From: Camelus dromedarius
Lineage: Eukaryota
DNA length: 64,000 nt
Direction: 5' to 3'
NCBI RefSeq assembly: GCF_036321535.1
Contig: NC_087437.1
Span: 111,974,001 to 112,038,000 of the forward strand
The translations under genes and the position numbers were made by a program. Shown here one piece after another: positions 12,937 through 24,448 of this stretch. The notes below the pieces were generated by a model, which had not been told where the DNA came from, did not search any database, and was given only the letters and a program-made list of their open reading frames with translations. Position 1 is the first letter of the stretch. The number at the start of each line of letters is the position of its first letter.

Positions 12937-13517
12937 CTCATTGGCCAAACACAATCAGGAGCCAGAGGGCAGGGGAGCCCGTGGCTGCAACTCCTCCAGA
13001 TCCAGGGCGCAGAGCAGAGAGGAGGTGACTGGGGAGTGGATTTGGAGGGGGAAACAGAAGCCCTCTCGGTTGTCCAGCACGAGCTGTTGGGGTACGCATT
13101 GCTGGGAACGTCAGGTGCCCGAGACCACCAGCAGTGTAGCTGCATTGACAGACCTGCAGCATCTGGGAGATGGAAGGTGCTGATTTCTATGAAGAAACCA
13201 GAGTTTTCTTAGGGCTGCTTCTCAATCTCTTTTTAAGAAATGATGGCACTGCTGGTGTCCCAGAGTGTCCAGTGAGTGTGACTTTTCACTGACGTGCCTA
13301 TGGGCAGTCACTAAAAGCGTGCAGTGATCCCGAGGTTCAATGTTCTTATCCATAAAATGGGGAAACAAAGCACAGATGTGTTGTGGGACTACAGGTAGTA
13401 GACAGGAAGGGCCTTGAGAAGCTCAGTGATTCAATCATTTCTCTGCATTTAGCTCTTCCACCTTTCAGGACACTGAAGCCTTTCAAATAATAATAATTCT
13501 CTAAAGTTGGATATTGT

Positions 13518-13810
13518 TTCAAATCTAGCAGTAATAACCACCGCAAAAACAGCAAACATTTATTGAGGGCTGACTATGTGCCAGAATCTGTGGGAAGTGC
13601 TTTTACACAGATCATCTTATTTAATCCTCAAGAACCTTAGGAAGGTGTACTACTGATGAGTTTCGCAGAAGAGGCTCAAAGCATTCAACAACTTGGCCCA
13701 CGTTTCCAAAACGTTTAAGTAGCAGATCTGGGATTTGAACCCAGGCAGTCTGACTCAGCCCACCGTTTTGACTAGTAAGCATTCTGACTCCCTAATACAG
13801 CTTTTTGTAA
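13518..13810 (-). mobile_element. Near full-length MIR plus short flanks; left arm of inverted repeat
   Basis: 'gggatttgaacccaggcagtctgactc' and 'tttattgagggctgactatgtgccag' are MIR hallmarks; reverse-complement match to 14605-14899. Confidence 0.92.
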
Positions 13811-13827
13811 ATGTAAAGCCAAGATTT

Positions 13828-13828
<1 letters not shown>

Positions 13829-13865
<37 letters not shown>

Positions 13866-13935
13866 ACTGAATCACTTTGCTGTACACTTGAAACATTGTA
13901 AATCAACTCTAATGACAACTACTTAAAAAAAAAAA
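13829..13935 (+). mobile_element. (AC)15 microsatellite plus extreme 3' tail of an artiodactyl-type L1
   Basis: 'ataactgaatcactttgctgtacacttgaaacattgtaaatcaact' followed by A11. Confidence 0.88.
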
Positions 13936-14604
13936 GTCAGTTTGCTTTTGTTTTGTTGATTTTGTTGCAGCTGCGCAGCCCTGTACTCGCCACCCCCCCT
14001 CTGGGGTTGTTTCTCTCTGCTGCCTTAGAGTCTCCATTTCAGAAGCACATCTCGTTGTGGGTTTCAGAGTGTCCACGCTAAGGAGCTAACTGGGAATACT
14101 GCAGTCCCAGTCACTGAGCCATTTGGCAAGTTGGCCAGATCTTTCTTGGCTGCAAAGCTGTTACTTGCTTTTCCTCATCTTAATAGGTATGTGTCTTAAG
14201 TTGAGGCGGGGGTTGATAGAAGCATTTTTATCCTCTTTATAAAGAGGGAGCTGCACCCATCCCTGGCTCTGTTCCCTGCGCTGCATGAGCCACTTGTAGT
14301 TTCAACCACTGTGTAGGAAACAAGCTCTCTGCTTCCTCTAACTGCTTCCAGACCCACAGGCCAGTAGGCTGGTAGCTTCAGCCCTGCTTTCACTTTGGGG
14401 TTTCTGGCCAATGGAATTTTTTTTTTTTTTGAGCATGACAATTTTTAAAATCTATCATTACTCTGTGTTGGTGCTGATGGAAGGCTCAAAGCATGAATTT
14501 TGATGCAATTTAATGCTCCTGAGGTATACATGTCTCATTATCATTCTGTAATGTCTTATCAAAAATCTCCCTACAGAGAAATAGTTCCTGGTTGTTGTAT
14601 GGAC

Positions 14605-14899
14605 TTACAAAGAGCTGTATTAGGGAGTCAGAATGCTTAGCAGTCAAAAGTGTGGGCTGAGTCAGACTGCCTGAGTTCAAATCCCAGATCTGCTACTCAC
14701 TCATTTTGGAAACGTGGGCCAAATTGTTGAATGCTTTGCACCTCTTTTGTGAAATACATCAGTAGTATAACTTCCTAAGGTTCTTATGAGGATTAAATAA
14801 GATAATCTACATAAAAGCATTTCCCGCAGATTCTGGCACATAGTCAGCCCTCAATACATGTCTGTTATTATTATGGTGGTTATTACTGCTTAGTTTGAA
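14605..14899 (+). mobile_element. Near full-length MIR plus short flanks; right arm of inverted repeat
   Basis: 'gagtcagactgcctgagttcaaatcccag...tggcacatagtcagccctcaata'. Confidence 0.92.
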
Positions 14900-14939
14900 T
14901 AGTTGCTTGGTTATTACTGCTTGGTTTGAATAGTTGAAT

Positions 14940-16705
14940 ATGTATCTATCTGTCTATCTATTTATCTAAATAGATAGACATCCATCTACATATCTATAGT
15001 TATCTACCTATATATATATAGATATATAGATAGACATATGTATCTTTTTCAGATTCTTTTCCATTATAGGTTATCACCAGGAATTGAATATAATTCCCTG
15101 TGCTATACAGTAGGTCCTTCCTGTTTATCTATTTTATGTATAGTAGTGTATATCTGTTAATCCCAAACTCCTAATTTATCCTTTCCCCTTTGGTAACTGT
15201 AGTTTGTTTTCTATGTCTGTAAGTCTACTTCTGGTTTGTAAATAAGTTCATTTATATCATTTTTTAAAGATTCCACATATAAATGATATTTGTCTTTCTC
15301 TGTCTGACTTACTTCACTTAATATGATAATCTCTAGGCCCATCCATGTCGCTGCAAATGGTATTATTTCATTCTTTTTATGCCTGAGTAGTATTCCATAT
15401 ATGTATATCTCACATCTTCTTTATCCATTCATCTGTCCATAGACACTTAGGTTTCTTCCATGACTTGGCTATTGTAAATAGTGCTGCTGTGAACATTGGG
15501 GTGAATGAATCTTTTTGAATTACTTTTCTTCTTTTCTGGTTATATGCCCAGGAGTGAGATTGCTGGATCATATAGTAGTTCTATCTTTAGATTTTTAAGA
15601 AACTTCCATACTGTTCTCCATAGTGGCTACACCAATTTACATTCCCACCAACAGTGTAGAAGGGTTCTCTTTTCTCCCCACCCTCTCCAGCATTTATCAT
15701 TTGTAGACTTTTTAATAATGGCCATTCTGGCTGGTATGAGGTGATACCTCATTGTAGTTCTGACTTGTATTTCTCTAATAATTAGTGATGTTGAGCATCT
15801 TTTCATGTACCTATTGGTTATCCGTATGTCTTCTTTGGAAAAATGTCTGTTTAGTTCTTCTGCCCACTTAAAAACATTTTTTTATATTGAGCTGTATAAG
15901 CTGTTTGTATATTTTAGAAATTAAGCTTTTGTCACTTGCATCTTTTGCAAATATTTTCTCCCATTCTGTAGACTGTCTTTTCATTTTGTTTATGGTTTCC
16001 TCTGCTGTGTAAAAACTTTTAAGTTTAATTAGGCCCCATTTGTTTATTTTTGTTTTTGTTTCCATTACCATAGGAGACAGATCCAAAAAAATGTTGCAGT
16101 GATGTATGTCAAAGAGTGTTCTGCCTATATTTTCCTCTAGGAGTTTTACTGTATGTAGTCTTACATTTAGTTCTTTAATCCATTTTTTATTTATTTCTGT
16201 ATATGGTGTTAGGAAATGCTCTAATTTCATTCTCTCATATGTAGCTGTCCGGTTCTCCCAGAACCACTTATTGAAGAGATTGTCTTTTCTCCATTATATA
16301 TTCTTGCTTCTTTTGTTGTAGACTAATTGACTGTAAGTGTGTGGTTTTGTTTATTTCTGGACCTTCTGTTCTGTTCCATTGATCTATGTGTCTGTTTTTG
16401 TGCCAATACCATGCTGTTTTGATTACTATGGTTTTATAGTATAGTCTCAAGTCAGGTCCATTTTTCCTTCCAAGATTGTTTTGGCCATTCAGGTTCTTTT
16501 GTGTTTCCATACAAATGAAAAAAAAATTTTTTTGTTCTAGTTCTGTAAAAAATGCCATTGATAATTTAATAGGGATTGTATTGAATCTGTAGATTGCCTT
16601 GGATAGTATGATCATTTTAACAATATTGATTCTTCCAATCCAAGAATACATCTTTCTATCTCTGTGCTTTTCAATTTCTTTCATCAAAGTTTTATAGTTT
16701 TCCGA
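14940..16705 (-). mobile_element. 5'-truncated L1 (ORF2 C-terminal pseudogene plus 3'UTR), lacking its terminal tail
   Basis: ORF track gives [41 protein letters not shown] and [28 protein letters not shown], with frameshifts. The left end stops in a TA-rich microsatellite. Confidence 0.96.
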
Positions 16706-18988
16706 GACAGCTAGTGAGAAAAGCAGAGGGGACAGAAAAGCGACCTCTAGTCCCCTCTGCGGGAGTGCCATACCCACACTCCAGACTCAGTCCCCTGAAA
16801 TTTCCCAGGACAGAAGTTCTTCCTCCGGCTTCTGCAAAGAGAAGCCAGGGGAAAAGACCCAATCACACAAACCCAGAAGAAAAGCACAAATAAAACCAGT
16901 GTTCCCCACCAACATGCATGGGAGAGCTCTGGCCATCCCTCCGAGCGTAGCATTCCCAGTCCTGTCCTCAGCCAGATTCAAAAGGCAGAGACTGCAGACC
17001 ACACTCAAATCCCTTGAACAGAGCATGGCTGCTTCTGGTTTGTTTAGCCACAGTAGAGAAAAGTCTAGTCACAAAACTTTCCCCGGGGCTGCAGAAGATT
17101 TCTCCTTTGAAGCAGTTCCCAACAATAATACTGTAATCGAAACAAAGCCTGCTCTTCTTAGGCGGAACCTATTTTCTCCTGGAGAACCACAACCGGGTTT
17201 GCAAAGAGACCTAGAAGATGCTTTCCTGGCCTGCGATGGGTTAAACTTTTTTTTTCCACAAGAGAGCCATAAACACAGAGATACCAAAGAGTTAATTTGA
17301 GGTTTTTTAAACCTCCTTCCCAATGCCTGCTCTCATTCCTGCATAAAATCCTCATGTCCAGACATCAAATCAGTAAGCCCTGTTGCCTGTCAGAGAATAC
17401 AATGTCAGGCCATTAGTATGTTAATAAGTCCGGAGGGCGACAGGTGGCCTACTAGACAGCTCAATTAAGCTGCTCATTAAACACATGCTAACGAACAGCC
17501 CAGGCAGGGCCTGAACAGCACCATTCTGTAATGACATGATGTCAGAGTGAACAAATGAGGAAAAATAACAAAAACATTACAGCAGGGACAGACGCCACTA
17601 ATAAGGACCCCTCGTACTACATCAGCCCGCAAATCAATGAGCCACAGGGATCAAAAAACTCGACCCAACATTCTCAGGAGACTGAATGCAGTAAGATTTT
17701 TTTGGTCAGTACTTAAAAAAAAAAAAAATTCAACCCCCAAACCAAAAATGATCGCAGAATATCACAAATTAACTGCTAAAAAAATTTTAAAAGAGCAAAA
17801 GTTTGACACAGAGCTAATCACAAAGTCTGAGATTTTGTATTGTTGAATTCGAATGAAAATCATTATTTAATGGGATCATCATTTACATTTGATTGGCATC
17901 TTTTTTTTTTTTTTTTTAAAGCCCACAGGTTCGAATCACTCGCCTCCTCCTCAGCCAGCATAAGGGCACAGCAGAATGTAAAAGAGCCTGGAGCCAAGTT
18001 TCTTAGGTGAAGATTCTACTTGTTATTATTTTGAAAGAAGGATTTCCAGCAGTTGCTAGAGGTTTCTCTCATTTTCAAGTAAGGGGCTTCCTGAATAATA
18101 AAAAATCTAATCTCCACCGGGCATGACGCTGACATTGGAGACACATATCGCTAAACTAATAGGCTGGTTCACCATTAGGAGGCCATGACCTTGGCTCTTA
18201 TCTTTTGTCAAGTTGGCAGCTGACACCTCCTCTGGGTGTAGACTTTCTTTAGGCCTCACGGAGGTGCTTCTTCCATGAAGGCGAGGATGGGGAGCCCAAG
18301 GCAGGCAGGAAACTCGTGACCGTGGCTGTTGGGTTTGATTTGTGAGATGAAGCAGATGCTTGGAAGCACAGTCCTTCCCAAATTTGTTGAACTTCCTCTG
18401 CCCAAATCTACGATCCCAATCCACGCAAGGCTCTCATCTGTGTGTCCCTCACTAGGTCACTTTACCTCCCTGTCTCTATTATCTCCTTTATTTATAAAAT
18501 GGGATTGGACTGGGTATTCCCTCTGCCCTTCCGTTCTAAGGGGGTCTTCAGCACAAAATAACTGTAAGATGCTCATGGAATTGGCCATTTGGTTGGAAAG
18601 ACAAAGCTAGTAACTGAAAATAATTCAAATTTAAGAGCAAAGTGCCGTGTGTTACCTGGAGGTACACTACGCATTCAAAAACAGGAGATGCCAGGGGTTT
18701 GTAAGGCTGTACATCAATTCCCCCCAAATCAGCAGGACCTGAGTGGATGGAGGATGCAGGGGGTGGGGGGTGGGGCGGGGAGGTTTACTGGCTCCTCAGG
18801 TGTGAGCAAAACCAGGAAGTAGAAGCCCGGGAAGTATTCCAGGGCAGTGCCTTTTTTCACAAATACACCTGTCAATAAAAATAAGTTAGAGTACGCTCCA
18901 AACGTGTGTATTTAACTTAGAAATAAGCACATATTATTATGCTAATGTATTAACATATTAAAATCCATAGCAGAGCAAGACACTTTTA

Positions 18989-19151
18989 TTTCATTTTATT
19001 TTTATATTTTAAAATTTTATTTTATTTTTCTTTTGGGGGGGTGGGGGTAATTAGGTCTATTTATTTATTTTTAGAGGAGGTGCTGGGGATTGAACCCAGA
19101 ACTTTGTGTATGCTACACATGCACTCTATCACTAAGCTATACCCTACCACC
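18989..19151 (-). mobile_element. tRNA-derived SINE (camelid vic-1-like), inserted in an older hAT-like remnant
   Basis: 'ggggattgaaccc...ctctatcactaagctataccc' (reversed B and A boxes). TSD aagacactttta / aagacaatttta. Confidence 0.9.
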
Positions 19152-19927
19152 TAAGACAATTTTAAATGAGATTAAAAAAAAAAACAAAAATGGAAGTCCA
19201 AACATTTTCCCTCTACACTGCAGAGGCTCCTATGGGGCGACTCCTGGGATGCACACACCGCAGTTTGGAGACCACTCTTCTGGGTGTGGGGATGGAGGGG
19301 AAGGTTGTTCAAGAACAAGCATGGTGGGCACATGTGTGTAAGGTGTGTGGTGGCGATGCCGGCACAGACCTGCCTCGTGAAGCAGCAGCAAGAGTGGGCG
19401 GGATGCAGCAAAGCCACAGGAGACAACGTGTGCAAGGACAGAGGCAAAAGGGAGCTTGGGGAGGTCGGGGAGCACAGCAATCTGGCTTTTTGTCTCAGGG
19501 GTAGTAAAGCGCCTGCTTAGGCTGGCAGATATGAGAGCACGCAACAATCCCCTGAGGGTTCCTGAGGTTCCTGCTCTGCTCAAGGAACTTTGGGGAGTTA
19601 AACAAGGAGAACATTTCATTCCTGCCTTCAGGGAGTTTACAGTCAGGTCGTTCATTCAACCATCACTTATTCAGGAATTTCTCTTTGCCCGTCTCTGCTC
19701 CAGGTGCTGGGAATGACAGCAAATGACACACACTTGGTCCTTGCCCTCATAAGCTTACCGTCAAGTGAAAGAGACAGGTCTGTTATTGAACTGACTCCAT
19801 TTCAAGTCCAACTGTAATAACTGCTGTGTCAGAGGTGGGGACACTTGTAGGAACGTGGATGAGGTTGTGGTTAATTCCACCTGTGAGAATCAAAGAAACG
19901 TCCAGGTACCAGCACGAACTCTGGGTC

Positions 19928-20112
19928 AATGCTGTCCAGTAGAACTTTCAGCAACAATGGACATCGTTCTCTATCTGTGCTGGCCAATATGGTAGCCACA
20001 TGTGGCTGTTAAGCACATGACATCTGGCTAGAGTGACTAGAAACTGAATTTTGAATGTTAATAAATTGAAATGTAGTCACGTGGCTGATGGTGACCTTAC
20101 TGGACAACACAG
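19928..20112. mobile_element. MER3-like hAT MITE
   Basis: 'gctgtccagtagaactttc...atggtagccacatgtggct...tggacaacac' with inverted ends. Confidence 0.8.
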
Positions 20113-20486
20113 CTGTAGAAGGTGATGGGGTGATATTACTGGAGGTGAGTTTCCCGTGGATGACATGTCTTCTTCCTTAAAACTGGTACTTCCCCTTTAT
20201 ACAGGGTAGTAACAATCTAGAAGTCAGGAAAATAATTAGCTGTTCCTGGAAGAATGCTAAATCCCAAGTGAGAGTTACAAGGCCACACACAGTGGGTGTA
20301 CTGATTGAAGCTGGCATGGATGTACTAATTGGAAAGAAATGAAAAAGAAGTTTAAATTTAGAACGCTTTTCCTCCTCTTCTCTTCTGGTCTGAGTTCAAA
20401 TCTCACCTCCTCTGGCAATGGTATCTGAACTCCCATTCACATCACCATCTTGAAAAGCATGGAGTGCCCTAAAAGCAGTACCAGCT

Positions 20487-20506
20487 CATCCACCAGGGGG
20501 CAGTGC
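20487..20506 (+). promoter_or_regulatory. Candidate CTCF binding site
   Basis: CCACCAGGGGGCAGTG matches the CTCF core consensus; GCAGTACC upstream resembles the ZF9-11 module. Confidence 0.65.
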
Positions 20507-20789
20507 ACATGCCTCAAGATCACCCATACAGATCAAGATCTCCTGGACCTGTTCAAGCTATTGCTGTTTTCCAGGGAATGGGAAGAACCACTTACCTCCT
20601 GCTTCAGAAAATTTTTTCTCTGTTCTTTCCTTCATTGCTGTGTTAGTGCAGAAATGGAGGAACAAATTTCTATCCATATGTCAAAGCAAGGTAATAAGGT
20701 GGCAATGGATATTAGAATGGGCTTTTGCTTTCTTACTTGACTGTTGCTGTAATAAAAACAGAAAAAATTCCAAAGCCAAGGCCACTGAG

Positions 20790-23030
20790 AGGAGATGGGG
20801 GAACTTCTATTCAAAGATGGCAAGCACTGGTCTCCAGTCCCTCCTGAAAGCCCACTAAAACAACAACGGAGGAGGTATTTTGGAGAACACACAAACCTAC
20901 AGGATGAAGAGAACAAACGCGATGATAACAGCAATAAAATTTGGAAGCTGGAAAGTAAATGTATATTTGGTTACTGATGTAACAGATCTGAGAAAGCTGA
21001 ATCATAGCCACCAATGGGGGAGACCAGAAACAACTCAATTGCTCAGGAATTGGTGACATTAGGGACATATGGAAGTGGGAATAAAGATCAATCTATATGC
21101 AGGATGACTGATTAACAGTCCTTTTAAGAAGTAGTTAGATTCCCTACCTTCCTTTCCTGTTCTGCAAAGCCAGGCTAAACAGATGTTCACATTCTGAATG
21201 TTGACATCTCCAGCCATTTTCCCCACCTTGTTTTCAGAACAATGGTAGTAAGGACTATTGCTTCCACATGAGAAATTGTAAGAGCTTTCACTGCAGCTCT
21301 TCCAACAATGCAACAGAAAAGACTGAAACCCAAGATTCTTCAGGAAAACAGTATGGGAAGATCACCACACTGAAGCCCATAATGGTCAAGCCCTATGCAC
21401 ATGCACAGAACTTACCATCAGCGTCTAGCGCTCCTTTGTAGACATAAAGAGACACTTAAGGATCATTTGACATTTGAGAACAGCCTCTAACTGAAAAGTC
21501 AGAACCAGAGAGGAGGGGCGAGTAATTTGGAGGCAGCTATAGAAGTTACACAGAGAGAAGGAAAAGTTTCTAAATTATTATTAATATTCTCAGAGCACAA
21601 GGAGAAAATTTTGCATCCATGAAATAAGAATAGGATTCTGTGATGCTGTACACCTTGAACTTATACAGTGATGTATATCAATTCTATCTCAATAATATTA
21701 GGAAAAAAAAAGAAAAGAAGATTCTAATTTTTAAAAATTCAGCAAATAAGCAAAAGTGCTTGGAAAGAGCAGAATGAAGAAGTTAAGGACAACACTTGGA
21801 ATGTGTAACAAAAACAAAGAGAAAATAAGAGAGAAGTAATGAAATTATAGGAGCAACTCCAGAATGTCTAAATCCAGGTCTGTAAAGCAGATCCAGAAAC
21901 AATAAGAGAAAATGCCCCAAAGAAATAATTCATGAAAACTTCCCAGATACCAAGACCCTGAGTTTCCCAGTTATCCCCAGCACCACGGATGAAAACTGAT
22001 TCACCTAAACACATTACTATGCAATTTCATCACATTCGGGATAGAGATACTAAGTTTCCAGGGAGAAAAAAGAAAGCATGCTTTATGCAAAGGGTCAAGA
22101 ATCAGAATGACATTGGACTTCTCAACAACAGTATGATAAGCAACAATGGATAAATGTTTCAAAATCCTGAAGAAAATATATTTCCAAAGGTAGAATTCTA
22201 TACCCAGAAAAAATATTAATCAAATGTAAGGGTATAATAAATATGTTTTCAGGTATGCAAGGCCCTATGAGGAAGCTACTGGAGATATTTTTATGTAAAA
22301 AGGAGTAAAATTTTTTAAATTTTAAAAAGAGGAAGATGTGGGGTCTGGAAAATTGGGGTTCTATCACAAAAGAGAAGTAAAGCTGTATAAGAGATGTAGA
22401 GAGTAACCAATCCAGAAGATTCTGGAGTAGACTTCTACAAAAAGATGGAATTATTGTGTGAACACATTGAAAGGATGGCAGAGTTTAGGGACTGAATTAT
22501 TAAAGCAGATGAAAAATATAAAGCAATTATAAACTTCAGGAAAAACAGAAGATGTTGAGTAATAAAAAATGAACATAGTATTCAGGGTTCCGCTAATCAG
22601 AGTATTTACAGAATCATAATAAAGTAAAAGCTTAATAGTAGTCTTCAAAATTTCAATAAAATTACAGAGGGAGAATTGTGTGTGTATGTGTGTGTGTGTG
22701 CGTGCATGCATGTGTGCATACGTGTATACGTGTGTTTTATGTGAAAGGGTAAAATCCTTCTGTAGACGAAGTCAGTAGGTAACGTCTAAAGCCGAAAAAC
22801 CCCCAAGAAATAGCAATGAAATCATGTTATTACAGAGATATAGGATGCACACCTCAAAGGAATCTGTTAAGATGAAAGTGCTTGCCTCAGAATCAGGAAA
22901 CGGCAGAGAGGGAGGCAGCGCTGAGGAACTCTCGTTCATCTCATGAGCTTTCCAAACCTGACTCTAAATTCTGTGAACTTATAATTTTGATTTTAAAAAA
23001 TTAAATTAAAGTAATTTTGAAATAAAAGGA
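20790..23030 (+). mobile_element. Highly decayed L1ME/HAL1-like element (ORF1-like region and A-rich 3' part)
   Basis: 'aagaatcagaatgacattggacttctcaacaacag...tttcaaaatcctgaagaaaatatatttccaaaggtagaattctatacccag' is a typical L1 ORF1 C-terminal remnant. A short younger L1 tail sits at ~21640-21712. Confidence 0.7.
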
Positions 23031-23581
23031 AGAGATAGATGGCCCAAAATCACAGAGTGGTGGAGGAGAATGGGAATTGATTGACAGCCTCCAGGGACCA
23101 GCAGGGTGCTATTTTGCAAAGAGCTGGTTCCAAGGCTGGGCCACTCTCAATGCTATGATGTCTCTGTGCTAGATCTGTCCTTAATACAGGACAATTTGCT
23201 TTATTAACTACATGAATATTATTCAGATTTATCATGTGACAATAGTTGCATGTCACCACCCCCTCCCAGTGTTTATTCAACACCTGCTTATTGAGGGCTT
23301 GCTTCTCAATGACTCCTTCCATCTTTGTGTCTCTATCTCCCATGCCATCTCCTCCCCCAAACCCAACCCTTGCTTAGACTCAGAGCATTATGTAGATTTC
23401 AGTCAAGTTTGACAAGTAGATGAATAGGAGACGAACACAACCTCAAGCCGATGCATGACTCCAGGCCTTCCGGAAATTAGCTTGGGAAGTCAAGTGAGTT
23501 GAGTGTTTCCCTTTGCTTTTATATCATCTTTATGCCCTTCTTGCATCCTCCTAAATTCAAGCCCTCACCTTCTCCGTGAAG

Positions 23582-23766
23582 TCTTCCTTTCTTCCTTCCT
23601 TCCTTTCTTCCTTCCTTCCTTTCTTCCTTCCTTCCTTTCTTCCTTCCTTCCTTCCTTTCTTCCTTCCTTTCTTCCTTTCTTTCTTTTAGTGAAGATGCTA
23701 AGGATTGAACCCAGGACCTCATGCACCCTGAGCATGAGCTCTACCACTGAGCTGTACCCACCTTCC
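23582..23766 (-). mobile_element. vic-1-like SINE with expanded (CTTC/CTTT)n tail
   Basis: 'ggattgaacccaggacctcatgca...ctctaccactgagctgtaccc'; pyrimidine microsatellite at 23582-23687. Confidence 0.9.
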
Positions 23767-24362
23767 ACCTCCACAAAGTCTTTCTGAGCAAGGACAGGCT
23801 TCCTGAAGATAAGCTTCATTGTTCTCTCTCACTCTTACTTCGAGTCACCAAGAGTCCTTTTCAGCAATGCTCTGACTGCCTGCTGCTCTGTATTGTTTAT
23901 TTTCTTGTTCTAAACTCCATCTGAGGACAAGGGACAAGACCAGACCTTGCGTCTAGCCTCTGAGCACCTAGGAGACGCTCAATTGGCACTTGTAGATCTG
24001 GCTCCTGAAACCACATAGAATAAAACAAAATCCCAAACACGCCCACACAAACACACACACACACACTCATTTCCACTGACTGCTTATTTGATGAAATTGA
24101 AATTATTCTTCATTTTTTCAGGTATGACAGTCATCTCACTGAAATAAAGAGTCCTTATCTTTTAGAGGCTGACACTCAATATTTACATATGAAACTGTAT
24201 GACGTTTGGGATTTGCTTCAAAATAACCTGGTGCTTGAAGAGAAGCTGGTGGCAGTGTAAGTGAAACCAGAGATCCAGGAATTGGTGCTTTTTGTAGCTG
24301 GATGATGGGTCAATAGAGGTTATTTGTATTATTTCCTCTACTTTTATTAGATTGTTTGTAAT

Positions 24363-24448
24363 ATTTTTACTGGAGATGCTGGGGATTGAGCCCAGGATGT
24401 CATGCATGCTAAGCATGTGCTCTACCACTGAGCTATTACTCTCCCCCC
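24363..24448 (-). mobile_element. Short vic-1-like SINE inserted in an old L1 tail
   Basis: SINE body; TSD agattgtttgtaat (24349-24362) / agtttgtttgtaat (24449-24462). Confidence 0.9.

Noticed and set aside
15868..16777. ORFs similar to reverse-transcriptase-associated protein
   Set aside because: Frameshifted fragments of a 5'-truncated L1 ORF2, not a functional gene or a novel RT system.
17928..17938. Pol III B-box-like GGTTCGAATC
   Set aside because: No A box, cloverleaf or SINE body around it.
23503..23819. Low-complexity ORFs (KEGRKE / LPSF repeats)
   Set aside because: Translations of the (CTTC)n SINE tail.
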